Virus record (IMG/VR): IMGVR_UViG_3300046804_001782 | Location: 12,481-76,480 of that record | Reading direction: 5' to 3' (one strand) | From: a virus | Length of the DNA: 64,000 nt | Shown here: positions 35,465 to 46,221 of the stretch, one piece after another | Layout of the letters: each line of letters starts with the position of its first letter | Numbering within the stretch: position 1 is the first letter of the stretch | The notes under the pieces: model-generated | The model's database searches: none | Told to the model about the DNA's origin: nothing | What the model saw: only the letters and a program-made list of their open reading frames with translations | Made by a program: the position numbers and the translations under genes

Positions 35465-37192
35465 CTAAAGAACGTTTGGCCAACCAAGTTCAGTAAAGGC
35501 AACGTCACCGACAGGGTCTATTCCTATGTTACTTGATAGTACTGATAGTGATAACATCGTTCCAAAATTAGGCAAAACGTTTGGGGTGGCGGGATCATAA
35601 GTGTATTCTGGTAACTCATCAAAAACTATGGTGTATTGATCCATCCAGTTTACAGGAAGAAGTTTCTTATAAATATTGTTAATAGTTTTTCTAGTTCTCC
35701 AAGCATCGGCTGAGTATATTGAATACGTTTCAAAATACTCCCACGTTGGTACTCCGTCAGTACCCAATGTCGGATTGTTGTGCCAGCGATAATCAGATCT
35801 AGAAACATCTCCCAGTAACCAACCACCTATATTTGTATTACCGTCAAAGTATTTACCCATATAGTTATCTTCTAGCAGAAGATTTCTCACAAGAACGTAG
35901 CCACCGGGTGGTATTTTTATCTGTATAAAAAGGTATGCAGAAGTGTCTTCACCAATATCGGACATGTCTAGTTTGTAGTATGTCCTTCCACCACTTGTTT
36001 TTATAACCTTGTTAGTACCTATTCCAGCAGATGCTGCTAGAGTTGCATCAGGTTTATACATGTAAACATTTGTGATTTGATCATTTGCCGGACTTTCTGC
36101 ACTGAAGTAGAAGGTATTGTCGGCAGATATTGGTACTAGAAATCTACTAAAAATATATACGTTTGCTTCTACATCGCCACCGTTAACAATAGATCTCACC
36201 GGGTTAAAAGCAACACTGGCGTTGTTTGTAAAGGTTACGCTTGAATCATAAAATGTAATAAGATCTTGAGAAAACCGTACGTTAATGTTGTCGGTTACAG
36301 CACCATACCAACCATCTTGTAATCCTCTAATTATTTTAGGATCCCTCGCCCAATTAGTACGTTGTGGGTGTACATTGATTTTCTTAGCAACTTTGTCTAT
36401 CGTCACACGACATCCAGAAATAGCCTGAAGAACTGCAATGGTTCCGTCCTCTGTTCCCTTTTGTAGGCGAAGACTAATAACGTCTTGAAGATACTGACGC
36501 GCTCTAGATGCACCTAATTCAACAGTTGTTATTACTGTTCCTAGTTCTTCCATTAAGTATTGGAGAGTTTCTGAGTTAGAGATCTGCGGATCTTTCTGCA
36601 CCATCACGTAATCAAGTAGTGACCGTATGTAGTCAATGTCCCAACCAAATATACTCAGATAATTATATAGTTCTTGATTGTCATCGTTTTCTCTAAAGTA
36701 GACCGGGATGCGCGACCATAAATCATCTACCGATCCGTAGTTATTTGGTAGCAACACACTTACTGAGGCAACTTTTTCAAAGTATTGTTCCTGATCAAAA
36801 TACAGTGAAGGAACTGTACTTGCAAAGCGTAAGAACAATGAATAGTAAACCCATCTACCACTTAACTCTTCTGCGTTATTAGGTGTGTGCTCAACTGTTC
36901 CAACATTGCTAGCATTTTGTATTACTGTATAACCATCTTCTATAGTTTGAGGTTCCCCAGTAGATGACCACACTACAAGAATTTCTACTGGAAGAATATC
37001 TTCCTGTAATGTAAAGAGTGGGGCACTCCAAGATATTTCAGTAGTTCCATAATCTACTGTCTTTACATCAAGATAAAACTCTGTATCTACAAAAGGGCTT
37101 AGACTAGCAGACGCAAATAGAGAGTCATTGTACTCAACGTACTCCCCTAAATCTGTTCCTAAGTTTCTTAACGTGAATATTTGTCGTGCCAT
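35465..37192 (-). CDS. Baseplate wedge / tail protein I-like
   Basis: LWSRIP.YFRE.D, KGT..G...AISG; YFDG. Confidence 0.65.
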   Translation of the reverse strand: MARQIFTLRNLGTDLGEYVEYNDSLFASASLSPFVDTEFYLDVKTVDYGTTEISWSAPLFTLQEDILPVEILVVWSSTGEPQTIEDGYTVIQNASNVGTVEHTPNNAEELSGRWVYYSLFLRFASTVPSLYFDQEQYFEKVASVSVLLPNNYGSVDDLWSRIPVYFRENDDNQELYNYLSIFGWDIDYIRSLLDYVMVQKDPQISNSETLQYLMEELGTVITTVELGASRARQYLQDVISLRLQKGTEDGTIAVLQAISGCRVTIDKVAKKINVHPQRTNWARDPKIIRGLQDGWYGAVTDNINVRFSQDLITFYDSSVTFTNNASVAFNPVRSIVNGGDVEANVYIFSRFLVPISADNTFYFSAESPANDQITNVYMYKPDATLAASAGIGTNKVIKTSGGRTYYKLDMSDIGEDTSAYLFIQIKIPPGGYVLVRNLLLEDNYMGKYFDGNTNIGGWLLGDVSRSDYRWHNNPTLGTDGVPTWEYFETYSIYSADAWRTRKTINNIYKKLLPVNWMDQYTIVFDELPEYTYDPATPNVLPNFGTMLSLSVLSSNIGIDPVGDVAFTELGWPNVL

Positions 37193-38661
37193 TACACATC
37201 GCCGGTAGTTATACCACCATACGCGTTTAGCGTTATGGTTCCCTTTCTGAGTAACTGCACGGAGGATGCAGAAATGCTTTGAGATACACCAGATAATGTG
37301 CTACTAAATACGCCGCCTTCAGCACCATCTATCTCAGCGTAATCGACACCCTCAACACTTATTATTGTTTTATATATCTCACTTAATGAAAGCCTTTGGC
37401 CTAGTGAGACACTATCAAACGAAAACAGGGCAGACAAAGCATTATATACATCTGATATAACCCATCCAGTAATGTACCTATCATTGACATGTACATCAGC
37501 AGTTATGTTTACCGGTATTAGATCTATTTTATTTGCCACATAGACATTTACGCCTAACAAAGCCTTAGGCTGAATTGTATCAACAAGAACATTTTGCATT
37601 GAAACAGGAACTGGTATTGATGCAGCAGTAGTTGTTGAATAATCAGATTGCATCGGGACGGGATAAATAGTTACAGAACCTGATGCATAGGCAGCCGACG
37701 GTGATGAGTATGTAGCGGATGCTTTATAAACACCCGGAGTACTTAGTGCTAGATCTATGAAATCATCTAGTGTTACTGCCCTATCCTGTGGGCGTGTTTT
37801 AAGGGGTATAGAAACACGTAAAGAATCAATACTTTCTTCATCAGAACCACCAACAAAAGCATATGAACTGGCTATGCGTAAAGAGGAAGAAGTGCTTCGT
37901 TTAAAAGAAGTAACTGAGTTTATTCCATAGTTGCCCAGTGCCCCTGATGACGTTGCATATGAAACAAAAAACGTTGAGTTTGCTGGAGGTATAAAACCAT
38001 TAATACTATTACCTAGTATTACTTGCGTGTATTTTTCAGCATCTGTATACGTGCTGAATACTCGTTCACCAAACCGTCCCTCAGACAAACTGTTCACATA
38101 TCGGTATTCTGTGTCATTTTCTCCGTCTTCGCGAACGAATAAACGAATACTGTTACTCACTACATTATCAACCGGTAATGAAATGCGCTGAGAAGGATTA
38201 CCTGTAGACGTTCCTATACTTTCTTTTGTTATGTATGACCCTTCATAAACAGTAACTGAAACTATGTTGTTGGGGCTAATTACTACTTCTTCTGTTGTAT
38301 AGCAGGTTACAGCGGGACCCAATAAAATAGTTCCTGAAGGAATAGTAAACTCTGTACTGTCACTTGTGTTTTCAATGAATACTGTTGCGTACGCAGCGGT
38401 TCTACTACTTGGTGTGTAATCAAGCAGGTTTGCGATTGCCAAAACACTTTCACGCTGTGTAGCGGTATTTAAAAAGGATTCACCAGCCGCACGGTCTATA
38501 TAGTAATGGAGAACGTCTCCCATATATGACCATAGATCAACAAAAAGCATTCCAAAATCGGACGTGTCACGATCTGTCCATTCAGGCAATACTGAAGAAG
38601 CCCTGTCTAGAAGGGCATTTTTTATTGTGTTGTAATCTCTGCGGGTGTAATCAATAGCCAT
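37192..38661 (-). CDS. Baseplate J-like wedge protein
   Basis: IDYTRRDY, PEWTD, ESFL.TA, GGSDEES, RAVTLDD. Confidence 0.88.
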   Translation of the reverse strand: MAIDYTRRDYNTIKNALLDRASSVLPEWTDRDTSDFGMLFVDLWSYMGDVLHYYIDRAAGESFLNTATQRESVLAIANLLDYTPSSRTAAYATVFIENTSDSTEFTIPSGTILLGPAVTCYTTEEVVISPNNIVSVTVYEGSYITKESIGTSTGNPSQRISLPVDNVVSNSIRLFVREDGENDTEYRYVNSLSEGRFGERVFSTYTDAEKYTQVILGNSINGFIPPANSTFFVSYATSSGALGNYGINSVTSFKRSTSSSLRIASSYAFVGGSDEESIDSLRVSIPLKTRPQDRAVTLDDFIDLALSTPGVYKASATYSSPSAAYASGSVTIYPVPMQSDYSTTTAASIPVPVSMQNVLVDTIQPKALLGVNVYVANKIDLIPVNITADVHVNDRYITGWVISDVYNALSALFSFDSVSLGQRLSLSEIYKTIISVEGVDYAEIDGAEGGVFSSTLSGVSQSISASSVQLLRKGTITLNAYGGITTGDV

Positions 38662-38669
38662 GCTATTCC

Positions 38670-39062
38670 TTAAAATAGTGTTTCTTCAGTTATTGCTGAC
38701 GGGACTACCACTTTAAATGTTAATAGTTGAGGGTTGCTTAAAGGTAGTTGGTAAATAACGCCTATGTTAGCAACGTTTTCCTGATACCTATCAGGTACAA
38801 TCTTAATATTTAATATATTTACTAAACTAACACGATTTGTTATCTCTCTTGATGCATCCGATGTGTAATCGGATAGCACTAAAGGATCATTGGCCTCAAA
38901 AACCATGCGATAAATACCAGCACCAAAGTTCGGTATTCCAGTCCTTTCTCCGGGTGTAGTTACTAACGTTGTAACTATCTTTTGTTCTGATGCAGCAGAT
39001 GACGTAGTAACAACATCCACACGCCCGTTGGATATGGAAAATGGTATTTTAATAGATTTCAT
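38670..39062 (-). CDS. Baseplate gp25-like protein
   Basis: IPFS, TTPGER...FG. Confidence 0.8.
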   Translation of the reverse strand: MKSIKIPFSISNGRVDVVTTSSAASEQKIVTTLVTTPGERTGIPNFGAGIYRMVFEANDPLVLSDYTSDASREITNRVSLVNILNIKIVPDRYQENVANIGVIYQLPLSNPQLLTFKVVVPSAITEETLF

Positions 39063-39068
39063 GAGACT

Positions 39069-39077
39069 ATTTTATCA
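39069..39077 (-). promoter_or_regulatory. Extended -10 element (TGATAAAAT), leaderless-type
   Basis: 6 nt upstream of ATG 39062; same 9-mer at 56062-56070. Confidence 0.5.
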
Positions 39078-39081
39078 CTGT

Positions 39082-40038
39082 CTACGTTGTTTCATACATA
39101 ATATTTATCCAACAAACATCATTAGCAGCCATTGTAAAAGCAACGCTAGCAGATGCTGTATCAGACTGTCCTACTGACGCATCAAACTGACCAAGTGGGT
39201 TTAATTGTCTGAGTTCTAGGTTTGTTGATGATGTTACCCTAACGGTACCTCCGGTATAACCGACACCTTGGTTTAAGAATAAGCATTCTCCAATAACCGC
39301 ACTAGCCCCTAAGTCTAGTACTTTAAAAGCAGGTAAATCATTAGGATTTATAGCAATTGCTCCAGATGCAGACGATGTTTTATTTGCAACAACACGACAT
39401 TGTGCAATAACCAGTTTTCCAATTTGTGTGTATCTTGCAAAGGATATGGTTTGATCGCCAGCCCCGGTGCCTAGTTCTACACCACCCTGTTTTAGTTTTG
39501 GTGTCCATGTAGACCATGCACCCGGTGCAGGTCCTGTAGCCCCAGTAGCCCCAGTAGCACCTGTGGGACCTGTTACTGTGCTTGCAGCACCAGTTGGTCC
39601 AGTTGGTCCAGTTGAACCACTAGCACCAGTAGGTCCTGTTACTGTGCTTGCAGCACCAGTTGGTCCAGTTGATCCAGTTGAACCACTAGCACCAGTAGGT
39701 CCTGTTACTGTGCTTGCAGCACCAGTAGCACCGATAGGGCCAGTAGGGCCAGTAGGGCCAGTAGAGCCACCACTGTTTGGTTGAAAATCATTAATGATAT
39801 ATACAATTCTCGCCCTAGGACCATCAAGTCCCACCAGTACCTGAGTGTCCTCAGTAGGAACACTCCACACACCATCAACAAGTGCTAGATAATCTTTGGA
39901 TACCGGTAGATGTTCATCAGGTCCAAGAAGTTCTGGGATCTTTACAAGGACTTCACCAGTCGTTGAATCAGAACGAACGACAAGTGCTCTGTGAACATAT
40001 ATACCTGTCTTATGGATGTGTTCATTATTGGTATGCAT
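39082..40038 (-). CDS. Baseplate spike-like N-terminal domain fused to a collagen-like repeat and a C-terminal head domain
   Basis: HRALVV..D..G.V.VKIP...VP..DTQVLV OB-like pattern; (GPT/GAT)n; WSTWTP...RYTQIGK. Confidence 0.65.
   Translation of the reverse strand: MHTNNEHIHKTGIYVHRALVVRSDSTTGEVLVKIPELLGPDEHLPVSKDYLALVDGVWSVPTEDTQVLVGLDGPRARIVYIINDFQPNSGGSTGPTGPTGPIGATGAASTVTGPTGASGSTGSTGPTGAASTVTGPTGASGSTGPTGPTGAASTVTGPTGATGATGATGPAPGAWSTWTPKLKQGGVELGTGAGDQTISFARYTQIGKLVIAQCRVVANKTSSASGAIAINPNDLPAFKVLDLGASAVIGECLFLNQGVGYTGGTVRVTSSTNLELRQLNPLGQFDASVGQSDTASASVAFTMAANDVCWINIMYETT
39569..39726. repeat. 66-bp tandem repeat (about 2.4 copies) in the collagen region
   Basis: CCTGTTACTGTGCTTGCAGCACCAGT starts at 39569, 39635 and 39701. 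Confidence 0.85.
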
Positions 40039-41194
40039 TTATTTTCCTAAATTCTGCTACCCAATTCTTTCCGTCAAACTTAGGTTTGGGCGGGTCTGAA
40101 AAACGCTCTGTATTATACACAGTGTATTTTTCTTCATTTGTTGAATCAGAAACAACTTCTAATTTTGTAGTTAAACCCATGCCACCAAGAGTCATGGTGA
40201 CTCCTTTTACATACCAAAGGTTGTCTACAAGCGTGTCAAATCCTACTAAATTAATAATACCGCCCGGATAAATACCTATAACTCCAAGTGTTTCTATAGT
40301 GGCATAAAAAGGTATAGAGTCTCTCATGCTCGTTTTTATTGCCAACTCAGCCTCTTCGGCAGATTTTGCTGGAGCATCTAAACGAGAACGGTACTCAGTA
40401 GTGAACTTTTTACCAAGACCAGAGTTTTCTTCACCGTCTGAAAACTGGGTGCTAGATACGGACGTTATATTTCCTTGAGAATCTAATACCGCTGTGTACG
40501 TCTCTGATGCCGGTTGAGAAAGGAATGTACCATTGAAACTCAGCACAACACCGGGTGTTGGTTGTGGGTCATAGTTTGTTTCTTTTACAGAAAACAACTC
40601 ATGGTAGGATCTTTGTCTTCCCGTCGCCCTATACGGATCCCAAATATGCATATGGGTTCCATGTACAGTAAGTCCGTATGCGTACAAATCACAAATTTCA
40701 TTAAGGAATACCCAATCAGATTTGTTTATCTGAGCGGTGTCAGAATGAAGTAGTGTTGTTTTGGGAACGTCTAAACTAAACTTATATGTACTTGCCAACT
40801 CTGTTGCAATATCTGTAAGTGTCTTTTCTCCCCAAACCTTACTCTTGGATCCCCGCATTTTGTAGGAAGATCCCATACAGTAAATGTCGGCCTCTTGAAA
40901 TGGGCTGTTATTTACAGCACCTTTTCTCAAATCATTAGTAGGTACTATTTGGGCAATCTCGCCCACGAATTCTTGTCTCTCTGTGTTACCTCTGGAAAGA
41001 ACTATTTGTACGGGAGCACCTATGTATTCTATTATTGCTTTTTGAGGAATACCGTACATCTTTAAAACGACCATGTCGTGTTCTCCCTCATTCAGGGACA
41101 ACTCCACGGTTTTAATAGACTCATAGAGAACTGGAACGCCACCTATAGATATTTCTATGCTTGGTGTTATGCCAAACGGGTGTTGAAAAATCAT
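40025..41194 (-). CDS. Baseplate hub (gpD/gp27-like)
   Basis: Q...SDW.FL, IYPG.II...W.VKGV; position in the baseplate cluster. Confidence 0.75.
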   Translation of the reverse strand: MIFQHPFGITPSIEISIGGVPVLYESIKTVELSLNEGEHDMVVLKMYGIPQKAIIEYIGAPVQIVLSRGNTERQEFVGEIAQIVPTNDLRKGAVNNSPFQEADIYCMGSSYKMRGSKSKVWGEKTLTDIATELASTYKFSLDVPKTTLLHSDTAQINKSDWVFLNEICDLYAYGLTVHGTHMHIWDPYRATGRQRSYHELFSVKETNYDPQPTPGVVLSFNGTFLSQPASETYTAVLDSQGNITSVSSTQFSDGEENSGLGKKFTTEYRSRLDAPAKSAEEAELAIKTSMRDSIPFYATIETLGVIGIYPGGIINLVGFDTLVDNLWYVKGVTMTLGGMGLTTKLEVVSDSTNEEKYTVYNTERFSDPPKPKFDGKNWVAEFRKINAYQ

Positions 41195-41439
41195 CGTGGA
41201 ATCCTAATAATTTGTCCTACCTCAAGTTTATTAGGAAACTTTACATGTGGATTAAGGTCTGCTATCTCCCAGTATCTAGAAAAGTCTCTTAATAAACGAT
41301 GTGCTAAAAGATCAAAAGAGTCGCCCTGCTTTGCAACATACGTTGTATACACTACATTTTTATCAGTCTTTTTTCTGTAAGCCTCTTGTTTATTACCCGA
41401 TAAAGAATAGCGGGCATTAGATCCATATTTAATAATCAC
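41191..41439 (-). CDS. LysM / tail X-like protein
   Basis: YVAKQGDS..LA...YWEIADLNP...VGQIIRIP. Confidence 0.85.
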   Translation of the reverse strand: MIIKYGSNARYSLSGNKQEAYRKKTDKNVVYTTYVAKQGDSFDLLAHRLLRDFSRYWEIADLNPHVKFPNKLEVGQIIRIPR

Positions 41440-43181
41440 ACCAAATCCCCCGCTACCCAGTCTAGGCTTACCTCTTTCATTTTTTCTTTCTTGTAGAGTT
41501 CACCATACCCCGGTCCTGTTAATACCCAGTTGGGGCCAACCTCATGATTATATCCATTTGTTTGAAAATCCATAATACTTCTCTGCCCACGAGATGTAGA
41601 ATCAATACGCAATGAATATATAACAGCAAAAAACCGATTCGGGTCAGTCCTTGACGCAAGCGTTTTTAAAGTACCTACGGTATTGGTAGTATTAAAGAAT
41701 GAACGATCTGCTGTAAAATCAAATCCCTTTTTAAACTGTTTCCAATCTTCAAAAGTATTTATAGTCTTAGATACTGTATACATTGATATTTTCTTAGTTC
41801 TAAGATTTGTAACGCGAGAATCACTATCGCTAACACCCCCTAGGACATTGCTAAATGGTGATCTTTTTGAAGCAGAAACCAAATAGTCTGCATCTTCTGA
41901 AGTCATAGGTCCATACGTGGTCACATATGCCGTAAGCGACATATTGGTACCATCGCTAAAGGCACTCTCCATTTCTGAATCTTTTATTGTAGTACTTACT
42001 TTTATATTGATAAATGGTTCTATTTTTATAGCATCTCCGGGGTTAGTTAAACCAGACAATGACGACATTGTGGAGTTGTTATAATAAGGAATTAATATAG
42101 TTGCTGATGTTCTATCATCAAAAGTGCTTGTTTCTACTGATGTTTTATCAGTATCATACACTACTCTTATTTTATGGTATACAGTGGTCTTCTTAAAACC
42201 AGAAACCACAGATGTAAGCGTGTTACGTGATTTTTCTATATTGTCGCTAATTTGTTGTGTAGATACGGCTGCTGCCTCCTCCAAGTTATATGTAAGGAAC
42301 GTTTTCTCCTTAGCAAAACCAACGTACATAGCCTGCATAGATAAAGTAACAATACATTGCATAGGTACTAGGCTTCTACTGAATTTGGTATAAACAACGT
42401 CTGTTTGTGTTACATAACCATCAACCATAAAAAGACTAGAAAACATTACACGCACAGGAGTAGGTATTAGGAACGCAGTGTTTCCAATATTTCCACCTTC
42501 ACCACTAAAGTAGTTTGTATCTTCTATAAAGGTTGATGACTGTGCGGTTTCAGCCTGACTTTCAGTAAGTGTTCCCACTGAGCCCATTTCTATTTGTGCG
42601 TTCATCTGTTGTCTGGCATTTTCTAATTGCCATTTCATGGTTTTTTCGGTAATTCCTTGACCAATTACTTGATACAAAGCACGTATATCAGCCAATACAC
42701 CAATATCTTGTTCATCGGGTGATCCCTGTGTACCACCACCTTCTCCACTTGAATTGTTTAAGGTATGTGATCTATCAAAAAGTAATTCAAAGGCAAAAGT
42801 TACTTCTCCCCCGATTGGCTGAGACATCTGAGCCGGGTCCTGTAAGAACACGTTTGTTAGGTTTGTTCTCATGGGAACACTATGTTGTATTGTGCTTGGA
42901 TTAAATTGAAAATTACAACGCAATTGTGGAGCAGAACCTATTGCTGTATCTGATATTTGTACTTTGTCTAGAAGACTTCTTATGTATCCTTTTTTTAAAG
43001 TAAAGGGTGTGTTTTCCCACTTTGTAACTAGTTGACCATTGTCATCTCTAGTATTTTTAACAAACGTGCGTATTGTGCTTCTTGGTCCAACAAAAGGTGG
43101 GTTAATAGCGTCCCCAGTGTACGCTCCTAAGGATGGTTCAAATCCACTAGTACTTATAAATTGATCACTTTTGTAACCCAT
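41436..43181 (-). CDS. Tail tube initiator / baseplate-associated protein
   Basis: FQFNP, FELLFDR, PVRV.F...VP patterns; between TMP and LysM. Confidence 0.55.
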   Translation of the reverse strand: MGYKSDQFISTSGFEPSLGAYTGDAINPPFVGPRSTIRTFVKNTRDDNGQLVTKWENTPFTLKKGYIRSLLDKVQISDTAIGSAPQLRCNFQFNPSTIQHSVPMRTNLTNVFLQDPAQMSQPIGGEVTFAFELLFDRSHTLNNSSGEGGGTQGSPDEQDIGVLADIRALYQVIGQGITEKTMKWQLENARQQMNAQIEMGSVGTLTESQAETAQSSTFIEDTNYFSGEGGNIGNTAFLIPTPVRVMFSSLFMVDGYVTQTDVVYTKFSRSLVPMQCIVTLSMQAMYVGFAKEKTFLTYNLEEAAAVSTQQISDNIEKSRNTLTSVVSGFKKTTVYHKIRVVYDTDKTSVETSTFDDRTSATILIPYYNNSTMSSLSGLTNPGDAIKIEPFINIKVSTTIKDSEMESAFSDGTNMSLTAYVTTYGPMTSEDADYLVSASKRSPFSNVLGGVSDSDSRVTNLRTKKISMYTVSKTINTFEDWKQFKKGFDFTADRSFFNTTNTVGTLKTLASRTDPNRFFAVIYSLRIDSTSRGQRSIMDFQTNGYNHEVGPNWVLTGPGYGELYKKEKMKEVSLDWVAGDLV

Positions 43182-46048
43182 TACTTCCTCCTTAATTCCT
43201 TTATACGTATTTCTTGCTCTATCAAAGATCCTATCTCCTTAGCGATTTTCTTTATATCACTATGAGATACGTTACTAGCACTTCCTTCAATGTGTATGGT
43301 AGGAGATATTTGATATATAACTGGGCGTGAATAAGCAACAGCAACGCCACCACTTCCTCCAGTTATCGCACTTTGTGGGGCTTGTTGTGAGGACATTGCA
43401 TTTGCAAAATCACCATCACCAGCACTTTCTGGGCCGTATGGATCTACTGAAAAAGAGTTAGGTGCTACTGAGGTGGGAGCATACGTACTGTATTTTGTTT
43501 TTACGTTGGCTTTTACTTTCTTTATTATCTGATCAATAGATAGACCAAAGTATGAGGAAACACCAGACGCACTAGTCATCGACTTTCCAAGACCCTGTGT
43601 CGAAAACCCACTGGCTGTTTGAGTACTGGACGAACCATCAGACCATGTTGATGGTGTTTCAGACGTTGAAGTATTAGGGGATGTTGCGGGAGGTTGATTT
43701 GTTCCAGTTTCTGAAATTGCTTCTTCTAACCATTTTTCAATCTCTTTTTCATTTACTGATCCACCACTTTGTCCCAATAGTCCTGAAGAAATGATGTCCT
43801 TTACCAAGGATGGAATACCTATTGTACTTGGATCCACTCCACCCTCTGTCATAGACTTTATGATTTGTTCAGTAACAAACTTAGCGTTAAGAGTTCCTAA
43901 TGGAAGAGCACCCTTCTTGATATCTTCAAGAAGAGCCTTATCTGTTGGTATGCCACCGTATCCCGGTCCTTGTTTTTGCCAGTTTATTCCTTTGGTGCCC
44001 ATCCATACGGCTTTTCCTTTATAAGGACTTCCCATTAAGCCTGCTAACTGAATGTGTGGAGGGTCACCCTTTGGAGAAGGTATTACCAACCCAAATCTTG
44101 CGGCGTTTCCAAGAACCCATTTATTGGACCTTACATGCGCTCCGCGTTTAGCATCTCCCCAACCAAATAAAAGGTCTGCTGCCATACCAACATTATGTAG
44201 ACTCATACCCGGAGGGGCCATTGGGTAAGACTTGTCTCCCGGTTTCTTTTCCCAGAACGTTCCGTTCCAAAATATTCCTGTATCTCTGTCTGTTTCTCTA
44301 TACCGTTTCCTAAAGCCAGACTCCTGTTCTTTTACCGACCTGAAACCTTCTCCAACACCTACTGTAGATATAAGTTCACCAGACGCTGTTTTTGATACAG
44401 GGGCAGATGCTATTAGTTTTAATAACTTACTTTTAAACGTTGGACTCAATTGTGATATTTGTTGTGTGCTTCCTAGTTTGGAGTATGGAACTAATTTTGG
44501 TCTGTACCCTACTGGAACCATTAATTCGTTAGTTTTGTTGTTGTTGTTGGCAATTTGGTCTACAGAACTACTACTGTTAGATGTAGTTGCAGTATTACCC
44601 GTTGGAATAGAGTTTCCTGTTTCAGTGCTGCGCCCATCTGTGGTTACCGGGTCACCAGTCAAGGCATTTGTTGCTGCGTAAGTCCCTCCTGCTGCTGCGA
44701 ATCCAGCAGCAGGACCTGCTACCGCCGTAGCAGCCACTCCAGCCAATGCTGATGCTCCAAACTTAAGAGCACCTTTAAGGAATCCACCTATTTTACTTTG
44801 CCAAGGACGTGTACTTGTCCGCGCTCCTATAATTCCACTCAACCTGTCTTCTAATGCTCCAAACATTTGAGTTAGTTTTTGTGTTGCTCGTTCCAGATCC
44901 GCAAAGTTATCGGCCTGACGGCTGTAGAACTTTTCTTCTCGGCGCATACGTACGCGATCTGTTTCTTCTGCTTGCGTAGCAAAGTTTTCTTCAATCCCCA
45001 TGAACTTTCGTTGTTCTTTTTCACTGGGGTTATACATTCCTTTCCCACCCTTTTCTTTATATGCAACGTTTTGTCGTGCATACTGAAGAACGGTGTCAAC
45101 CATCTCTTCTGGAACGCCCATTTGACGAAGTCGTTCTCTTGATACTGATCCGGGCTGGAAAGCAGATTCAACGATAGCCTTATTTGTAAGACCAGACATT
45201 CTAGTGATGTTCTTAACAACATCCATTGCTGATCTTTGTTTTCCACCAAAACCGTATAGTGATTGTCCAGTCATCATAAACATTCTGTTTACTGTTTCTG
45301 GACGTGCTAATGATTCAACCATGCTAGCAACATCACCAGTTCCTAAAGAAAAGCCAGAGATAGTTCTCAACGCTTCTACTGACGGTGCCTGTATTGCTGC
45401 ATTTATTCCAGTGCGTGCCTGTAGACCAAGTAACGTATTAATACCACCCATACCAATACGATAATTTGTTAAAGGTTGCCTAAACTTGTCTTGAACCTGC
45501 ACCTGTGACATACCAGTCATCTGTTGATACAGTACGCTCATACGGTCGGCAGACAATGAATAGTTAGCATTCTCGTCTATTCTTTTGTCCATCAGGTTTA
45601 CGGCTGTGGTTGCTGCACTTAGTGCCATCTGCACGCCTGCGTTAACAGCCGCGCCTTTCATACCACCGCCAGCAAGGGATCCAGCGGAACGAGCAATACC
45701 TTGTTTGTATGGTGCTTGTCTGAAGTCTTCGTCTGCTTTTTGCATGTGTGATTGACTAAGTGCTTGTTGAACTCCGTTTATAGCACCAGACTTAGATCGA
45801 AACCGTTCTGTTCCAATGTTTTGCAAAGAATCGCTCTCAACGGCCATAGACCGGATATCTTCAACAATCTTAGGAAGAACTACACTAAGTTCTTTAGCCT
45901 GTTTATTTATGCTTTCAAACAGTTTGTTTATGTTAGTAAGAAGTCCTGTAGGTAGGCTAAGTTTCCCCTTGGAGGATGGTCCTACAGGATTGTTTTGGGA
46001 ACCAATCATGTTCCCAACTTGTTGATTTACTTCAAACTCGTTTTCCAC
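43181..46048 (-). CDS. Tape measure protein with an M15-type peptidase domain
   Basis: Long helical protein; GFRS..EQ...APPG.S.H..G.AAD...H. Confidence 0.8.
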   Translation of the reverse strand: MENEFEVNQQVGNMIGSQNNPVGPSSKGKLSLPTGLLTNINKLFESINKQAKELSVVLPKIVEDIRSMAVESDSLQNIGTERFRSKSGAINGVQQALSQSHMQKADEDFRQAPYKQGIARSAGSLAGGGMKGAAVNAGVQMALSAATTAVNLMDKRIDENANYSLSADRMSVLYQQMTGMSQVQVQDKFRQPLTNYRIGMGGINTLLGLQARTGINAAIQAPSVEALRTISGFSLGTGDVASMVESLARPETVNRMFMMTGQSLYGFGGKQRSAMDVVKNITRMSGLTNKAIVESAFQPGSVSRERLRQMGVPEEMVDTVLQYARQNVAYKEKGGKGMYNPSEKEQRKFMGIEENFATQAEETDRVRMRREEKFYSRQADNFADLERATQKLTQMFGALEDRLSGIIGARTSTRPWQSKIGGFLKGALKFGASALAGVAATAVAGPAAGFAAAGGTYAATNALTGDPVTTDGRSTETGNSIPTGNTATTSNSSSSVDQIANNNNKTNELMVPVGYRPKLVPYSKLGSTQQISQLSPTFKSKLLKLIASAPVSKTASGELISTVGVGEGFRSVKEQESGFRKRYRETDRDTGIFWNGTFWEKKPGDKSYPMAPPGMSLHNVGMAADLLFGWGDAKRGAHVRSNKWVLGNAARFGLVIPSPKGDPPHIQLAGLMGSPYKGKAVWMGTKGINWQKQGPGYGGIPTDKALLEDIKKGALPLGTLNAKFVTEQIIKSMTEGGVDPSTIGIPSLVKDIISSGLLGQSGGSVNEKEIEKWLEEAISETGTNQPPATSPNTSTSETPSTWSDGSSSTQTASGFSTQGLGKSMTSASGVSSYFGLSIDQIIKKVKANVKTKYSTYAPTSVAPNSFSVDPYGPESAGDGDFANAMSSQQAPQSAITGGSGGVAVAYSRPVIYQISPTIHIEGSASNVSHSDIKKIAKEIGSLIEQEIRIKELRRK

Positions 46049-46221
46049 TACACCCCTCCGTTACTCAGTCGCCACCTAGCGGTGCGGAACCAATAATCCC
46101 TTTGCCGAACACTCATTGTTCGGATATCCGTTAGATTAAACCCTTTGTATACGGAGGCTATGTATTCGTAATCCCAGTATATCTTTCTTATATCAACCGA
46201 GTATAAGAAACACCCAGTCGA
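46048..46221 (-). CDS. Start-less chaperone extension frame, probable frameshift product
   Basis: Open frame ...YWDYEYIASVYKGFNLTDIRTMSVRQRDYW...; its TAG overlaps the TMP GTG. Confidence 0.6.
   Translation of the reverse strand, partial: STGCFLYSVDIRKIYWDYEYIASVYKGFNLTDIRTMSVRQRDYWFRTARWRLSNGGV

Noticed and set aside
31861-40038. Diversity-generating retroelement or invertible fibre cassette
   Set aside because: No reverse transcriptase, invertase or template/variable repeat pair visible in the window
43131-43150. GGTTCAAATCC resembling a tRNA T-loop
   Set aside because: Lies antisense within a tail gene with no cloverleaf around it
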